Shown one piece after another: positions 15,905 through 20,000 of a stretch of DNA of 20,000 bases (its first letter is position 1; the number at the start of each line of letters is the position of its first letter). Source of the DNA: an uncultured virus (IMG/VR IMGVR_UViG_3300025603_000008) (lineage: Duplodnaviria > Heunggongvirae > Uroviricota > Caudoviricetes); IMG/VR virus record IMGVR_UViG_3300025603_000008; one strand, written 5' to 3'. Made by a program: the position numbers and the translations under genes. Below the pieces are notes generated by a model. That model searched no databases and had not been told where the DNA came from. It saw only the letters and a program-made list of their open reading frames with translations.

Positions 15905-16201
15905 CTAACTCTCCCCTGTATTTATCGCATTTAAAAGGCGGTTGATTTCCTCACTAACTCTCCCTTGATTTGAGTCTGGTCTGAGCAGGGTATTCCCAAA
16001 CTCTCCCCCAGTATAACTCTCTAAGGAAATAGAATACGCAGCAAACTCTCCAGTGATTCCACCCCAATTCAAAACGAATCCACGAAGTTGAAGACTTTGC
16101 AACCCATTTATCCCATACCTGTGTGCTTTGATGGGAGCATTTGAATCCATAAGTTCCTTAACGATGTCGCTTGATTGTTTTTGATTATGTTTCCACTTCA
16201 T
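15905..16201 (-). CDS. hypothetical protein directly downstream of the array
   Basis: 98 aa; ATG 3 nt after the stop of the terminal stub; contains DNA repeats in mixed frames. Confidence 0.45.
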   Translation of the reverse strand: MKWKHNQKQSSDIVKELMDSNAPIKAHRYGINGLQSLQLRGFVLNWGGITGEFAAYSISLESYTGGEFGNTLLRPDSNQGRVSEEINRLLNAINTGES

Positions 16202-16204
16202 ATT

Positions 16205-16249
16205 TTATTTATCATTTGTTGACGTTTGCGTTGCCATTTTCAGTCTCAT
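16205..16249 (-). other. terminal stub of the array (MRLKMATQTSTNDK*)
   Basis: ATGAGACTGAAA start overlapping the last full unit's TGA; stops after 14 codons. Confidence 0.8.
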
Positions 16250-16512
16250 ACAAATGTAAGTCTTATTTCACTGCTCCAATCCCAATTATCCCAACCGTTG
16301 GCTTTGGAGCCAACAGTCCCTTTGTTGATTTCAACGAGCCAACCCCCAGGGAATCCATCCAAAGGAAACCACACATCATGAACCGCCTCGCTTGGCTTGT
16401 TTTGAAGACGCATCCAAACGCCCCGCGCGTTGGTTACCCTTACTTCGAACCCACGACGAATCAATGCGTCTTTGCATGCATCTGTTGCATCTTTTGTCGT
16501 TTTCAGTCTCAT
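16246..16512 (-). CDS. array paralog (MRLKT family), unknown function
   Basis: 88 aa; conserved DAC/RxGF/LRL/KPxE/WF/KGT/WD blocks; ATGA overlaps. Confidence 0.85.
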   Translation of the reverse strand: MRLKTTKDATDACKDALIRRGFEVRVTNARGVWMRLQNKPSEAVHDVWFPLDGFPGGWLVEINKGTVGSKANGWDNWDWSSEIRLTFV

Positions 16513-16775
16513 GCCAGTTTAAGTGTTATTATATTGGCCCAATCCCAATCAACCCAACCGTTGTCTTTGTAGCCAACAACAGTCCCTTTGTGGATTGTAA
16601 CAAACCAATCACAACGGTATCCACGAGGGAACAACGCTTCATAAAACTCACCTGGCTTATCTTCTCCAATACGCAACCACAACGGGCTGCTCGTGGTTTT
16701 AAATCCACCACGAAGCAATTGCTCTTTGCATGCATCTGTTGCATCGCATGCATCTGTTGTTGTTTTCAGTCTCAT
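16509..16775 (-). CDS. array paralog (MRLKT family)
   Basis: 88 aa; same blocks. Confidence 0.85.
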   Translation of the reverse strand: MRLKTTTDACDATDACKEQLLRGGFKTTSSPLWLRIGEDKPGEFYEALFPRGYRCDWFVTIHKGTVVGYKDNGWVDWDWANIITLKLA

Positions 16776-17041
16776 GCAAATCTAAGTATTATTGTGTTGG
16801 AAAAATCCCAATCAACCCCGCTGATGGTTTTAGAGCCCCCAACGGTCCCTTTGTAGATTCGAACGAATTCACCCCTACGGTATCCATGAGGGAACCACGC
16901 TTCATAAACCTCACCTGGTTTGTCTCCACAAAGACGCAACCATTGTGTGTTGTTCCAGGGTTCAAACCCACGACGAAGCAATTGTTCTTTGGATGCATCG
17001 CTTGCATCGCATGCGTCTTTTGTTGTCGTTTTCAGTCTCAT
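16772..17041 (-). CDS. array paralog (MRLKT family)
   Basis: 89 aa; near-identical to 17295-17561. Confidence 0.85.
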   Translation of the reverse strand: MRLKTTTKDACDASDASKEQLLRRGFEPWNNTQWLRLCGDKPGEVYEAWFPHGYRRGEFVRIYKGTVGGSKTISGVDWDFSNTIILRFA

Positions 17042-17298
17042 GCCAATATAAGGATTATTTTAGTGGTCCAACCACTGTTTTTTGAGCCAGCAACGGTCCC
17101 TTTGTAGAATGCAGCGAAATAATCAATACGGAATCCATCCAAAGGGACCCACACATCATAAACCTCACCTGGCTTGTCTCCATGACGCAACCACCATGAG
17201 TTGTTCATGTCTTTGAACCCACCACGAAACAATTGTTCTCGGCATGCATCACTTGCATCTTTTGTTGTTTGCGTTTGCGTTGTCGTTTTCAGTCTCAT
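17038..17298 (-). CDS. array paralog (MRLKT family)
   Basis: 86 aa. Confidence 0.85.
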   Translation of the reverse strand: MRLKTTTQTQTTKDASDACREQLFRGGFKDMNNSWWLRHGDKPGEVYDVWVPLDGFRIDYFAAFYKGTVAGSKNSGWTTKIILILA

Positions 17299-17561
17299 GC
17301 AAATCTAAGTATTATTGTGTTGGAAAAATCCCAATCAACCCCGCTGATGGTTTTAGAGCCCCCAACGGTCCCTTTGTAGATTCGAACGAGCCAATCCCTA
17401 CGGTATCCATGAGGGAACCACGCTTCATAAACCTCACCTGGTTTGTCTCCACAAAGACGCAACCATTGTGTGTTGTTACAGGGTTCAAACCCATCACGAA
17501 TCAATTGTTCTTTGCATGCATCGCTTGCATCGCATGCTTCTTTTGTCGTTTTCAGTCTCAT
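17295..17561 (-). CDS. array paralog (MRLKT family)
   Basis: 88 aa. Confidence 0.85.
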   Translation of the reverse strand: MRLKTTKEACDASDACKEQLIRDGFEPCNNTQWLRLCGDKPGEVYEAWFPHGYRRDWLVRIYKGTVGGSKTISGVDWDFSNTIILRFA

Positions 17562-17827
17562 GCCAATCTAAATTTTATTGTGTTGGAAAAATCCCAATCC
17601 CAATCAACCGAGCCAATGCTGTTTTTGGGGCCAGCAGTCCCTTTGTAGATTTTAACGAACCAATCCCTGCGGAATCCATCGCTAGGGAACCACGCTCGAT
17701 AAGCCTCACCTGGCTTGTCTTGAAGACGCAACTCTACTATAGTTGAGTACCGCTTCGTGTCTTTGAATCCACAACGAATCAATTGCTCTTGGCATGCGTC
17801 TGTTTGCGTTGCCGTTTTCAGTCTCAT
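17558..17827 (-). CDS. array paralog (MRLKT family)
   Basis: 89 aa. Confidence 0.85.
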   Translation of the reverse strand: MRLKTATQTDACQEQLIRCGFKDTKRYSTIVELRLQDKPGEAYRAWFPSDGFRRDWFVKIYKGTAGPKNSIGSVDWDWDFSNTIKFRLA

Positions 17828-18090
17828 ACCAATTTAAGTTTTATTGTGTTGGTCCAATCCCAATCAACCCCTCTGATGGTTTTGGAGCCAGCAGTCCCTT
17901 TATTGATTCGAACGAACCAATCCCTTCGGTCCCCATCGTGAGGGAACCACACTTTATAAACCTCACCTGGCTTGTTTTCAAGACGCAACCCAACGCACCG
18001 AGGGTTGTACGTCGCGGTTTCAAATCCACGACGAATAAATGCCTCTTGGCATGCATCTTTTGCATTTGTTTTTGCCGTTTTTAGTCTCAT
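17824..18090 (-). CDS. array paralog (MRLKT family)
   Basis: 88 aa. Confidence 0.85.
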   Translation of the reverse strand: MRLKTAKTNAKDACQEAFIRRGFETATYNPRCVGLRLENKPGEVYKVWFPHDGDRRDWFVRINKGTAGSKTIRGVDWDWTNTIKLKLV

Positions 18091-18335
18091 GCCAATCTAA
18101 GTATTATTGCACTGTTCCAATGCCAACCAACCGAGCCACTGCTGGCTCCAAAACCAGCAGTCCCTTTTTGGATTGCAACGAATCTATCTCCAAGGTATCC
18201 ATAATAGAACCACGCTTCATAAGCCTCACCTGGCTCGTCTCCTCCAAGCCACAACCGCCAAGGGCTGATAGTTTTAAACCCACCACGAATCAATTGCTCT
18301 TGGCATGCGTCTATTTGTGCTGTCTTTAGTCTCAT
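18087..18335 (-). CDS. array paralog (MRLKT family)
   Basis: 82 aa. Confidence 0.85.
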   Translation of the reverse strand: MRLKTAQIDACQEQLIRGGFKTISPWRLWLGGDEPGEAYEAWFYYGYLGDRFVAIQKGTAGFGASSGSVGWHWNSAIILRLA

Positions 18336-18583
18336 GCCAGTTTAAGGATTATTGTGTTGTAATAATCCCAATTAACCAAATTAACAAAGCCACGGCTGGT
18401 TTTGGAAGCAGCAACGGTCCCCTTGAGGATTTCAATGAATCCATCGTGAAGAAACCACACATCATAAACCTCACCTAGATTGTCTCCACCAAGACGCAAC
18501 CACTGCGAGCTGTACTTGATTTTAAACCCGCCACGAATCAATGCCTTCTGGCATGCGTCTGTTTGTGCTGTTTTCAGTCTCAT
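18332..18583 (-). CDS. array paralog (MRLKT family)
   Basis: 83 aa. Confidence 0.85.
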   Translation of the reverse strand: MRLKTAQTDACQKALIRGGFKIKYSSQWLRLGGDNLGEVYDVWFLHDGFIEILKGTVAASKTSRGFVNLVNWDYYNTIILKLA

Positions 18584-18867
18584 ACCAATCTAAGTATTAT
18601 TGTGTTGGCCCAATCCCAAAAAACAAAGCCAACGCTGGTTTTGGAGGCAGGCATAACGGTCCCTTTGTGGATTTCAACAAACCAATCCCTAAGGTATCCA
18701 TAGCGATGAAACCACACATCATAAACCTCACCTGGCTTGTTTTCTCCACCAAGACGCAACCAACGGTGGTTGCTCATCCAGGGTTCAAACCCACCACGAA
18801 TTAATGCTTCTCTGCATGTATGTGATTTGCGTACATCTGTTGTGTCTTTTGCTGTTTTCAGTCTCAT
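18580..18867 (-). CDS. array paralog (MRLKT family)
   Basis: 95 aa. Confidence 0.85.
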   Translation of the reverse strand: MRLKTAKDTTDVRKSHTCREALIRGGFEPWMSNHRWLRLGGENKPGEVYDVWFHRYGYLRDWFVEIHKGTVMPASKTSVGFVFWDWANTIILRLV

Positions 18868-19130
18868 ACAAATCTAAGTATTATTGTGTTGGAAGAATCC
18901 CAATCACCGTTGTCTTTGGAGCCAGCAGTCCCTTTGTTGATTGCAACGAAAAAATCCCCATGGTATCCACTAGAGAACCACGCTTCATAAATCACACCTG
19001 GCTTGTCTCCACCAAGACGCATCTTCAACCACCACGAGCTGTACTTATCGGCTTCAAATCCACCACGAATCAATTGTTCTTGGCATGCGTCTGTTGCATC
19101 TGTTGCATCTTTTGCCGTTTTCAGTCTCAT
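18864..19130 (-). CDS. array paralog (MRLKT family)
   Basis: 88 aa. Confidence 0.85.
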   Translation of the reverse strand: MRLKTAKDATDATDACQEQLIRGGFEADKYSSWWLKMRLGGDKPGVIYEAWFSSGYHGDFFVAINKGTAGSKDNGDWDSSNTIILRFV

Positions 19131-19432
19131 ACCAGTTTAAGTATTATTGTGTTGGAAATATCCCAAGCAACAAAGCCATCGAAGCTTTTGGAGGCAGCAA
19201 CGGCTCCTTTGTGGATTCGAACGAACCAATCCCCACGGAATCCATCGCGAGGGAACAACACATCATAAGCCTCACCTGGCTTATCTCCACCAAGGCGCAA
19301 CCCTAACATAGTTGAGTACCTATCCGTGGTTTTGAACCCACCACGAAGCAATTGTTCTTGGGTAGATTCCAATGAAATAATCCCTGCGGTATCCATAGCG
19401 CATGCCTCTTTTGTTGTTGTTTTCAGTTTCAT
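19127..19432 (-). CDS. array paralog with a 39-nt ectopic insertion
   Basis: 101 aa; AMDTAGIISLEST inserted after EAC. Confidence 0.85.
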   Translation of the reverse strand: MKLKTTTKEACAMDTAGIISLESTQEQLLRGGFKTTDRYSTMLGLRLGGDKPGEAYDVLFPRDGFRGDWFVRIHKGAVAASKSFDGFVAWDISNTIILKLV

Positions 19433-19689
19433 GCCAGTTTAAGTATTATTGGATTGGAAAAATCCCAAAAAAACCAACCGTTGATGATTTTGTAGCCAGG
19501 TACAGTCCCTTTGTAGATTTTAACGAACCAATCCCCACGGAATCCATCGCAAGGGAACCATGCATCATAAACCTCACCTGGCTTGTTTTGAAGACGCATT
19601 TCCAAAGCCCGCGAATTCGTCGTGGGTTTAAATCCACCACGAAGCAATTGTTCTTTGCATGCGTCTTTTGTTGTCGTTTTCAGTCTCAT
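19429..19689 (-). CDS. array paralog (MRLKT family)
   Basis: 86 aa. Confidence 0.85.
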   Translation of the reverse strand: MRLKTTTKDACKEQLLRGGFKPTTNSRALEMRLQNKPGEVYDAWFPCDGFRGDWFVKIYKGTVPGYKIINGWFFWDFSNPIILKLA

Positions 19690-19901
19690 ACAAATGTAAG
19701 TATTATTGTACTGGAAGAATCCCAGCCATCGTCTTTGTAGCCAGGTACAGTCCCTTTAGGGAACCACACATCATAAACCACACCTGGCTTGTCTCCACCA
19801 AGACGCAACCACTGCGAGTTGTACTTGGTTTTAAACCCACGACGAAGCAGTTGTTCTTTGCATGCTTTAGATGCATTTGTTGTTGCCGTTTTCAGTCTCA
19901 T
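19686..19901 (-). CDS. array paralog with an in-frame central deletion
   Basis: 71 aa; WFP joined directly to KGT. Confidence 0.8.
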   Translation of the reverse strand: MRLKTATTNASKACKEQLLRRGFKTKYNSQWLRLGGDKPGVVYDVWFPKGTVPGYKDDGWDSSSTIILTFV

Positions 19902-20000
19902 ACCAATATTAGGATTATATCCTGGCTATAATCCCAGTCAACCAAGCTGCTGGTTTTGTAAGCAGCAACGGTCCCCTTGTGGATTCGAACGAAATAACCC
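19898..20000 (-). CDS. array paralog, C-terminal part (truncated by window edge)
   Basis: ...YFVRIHKGTVAAYKTSSLVDWDYSQDIILILV* then ATGA overlap. Confidence 0.8.
   Translation of the reverse strand, partial: GYFVRIHKGTVAAYKTSSLVDWDYSQDIILILV

Larger units (their letters stand above)
16205..20000 (-). repeat. tandem array of ~260-bp paralogous gene units (14 complete, 1 partial, 1 terminal stub)
   Basis: recurrent junction TTTTCAGTCTCAT(G/A)C..T.TAAGTATTATTGTG on +; units 212-302 bp; runs off the window end. Confidence 0.97.

Noticed and set aside
16171..19931. Long + strand ORFs and alternative-frame - strand ORFs across the array
   Set aside because: Inconsistent starts and ends between units and Cys-rich shadow composition; only the MRLKT frame is intact and coupled in every unit.
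16205..20000. CRISPR array interpretation of the repeats
   Set aside because: Units are about 260 bp, homologous along their whole length and protein-coding; there is no short repeat and unique spacer structure, and no cas genes in the window.
16246..20000. Diversity-generating retroelement (TR/VR) as the cause of variation
   Set aside because: Differences include all bases and many indels, not obviously adenine-specific changes, and there is no reverse transcriptase in the window (one may exist elsewhere).
16246..20000. Single polyprotein by TGA readthrough or recoding
   Set aside because: ATGA overlaps put each next unit in a different frame, so readthrough would not fuse them; other genes read normally in code 11.

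Overview
The window looks like part of a large (jumbo-type) phage or phage-like element of a Bacteroidota host. This is inferred from dense small ORFs without Shine-Dalgarno motifs, a Bacteroidota-type ECF sigma factor, a signal peptide cleaving before Gln, DUF932 and ParB-like genes. Bases 1-14.6 kb hold + strand genes, mostly hypothetical, punctuated by two recurring bipartite promoter-like motifs (CATCC-N15-ACTCAT, about 15 copies; TGAAAC-N16-CGTATA, 5 copies), intrinsic terminators, two candidate sRNAs with a shared fold and an internally deleted IS605/tnpB element. Bases 14.6-15.9 kb are largely non-coding, with a 10-bp tandem repeat and a cluster of ACTCTCCC motifs. From 16.2 kb to the end is the most striking feature: a - strand tandem array of at least 15 paralogous genes of about 88 aa (all starting M[R/K]LKT). 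They are chained by ATGA stop/start overlaps, alternate conserved and hypervariable blocks, show only frame-preserving indels and signs of segment shuffling, and end in a terminal stub. No database searches were run; product calls rest on motif recognition.
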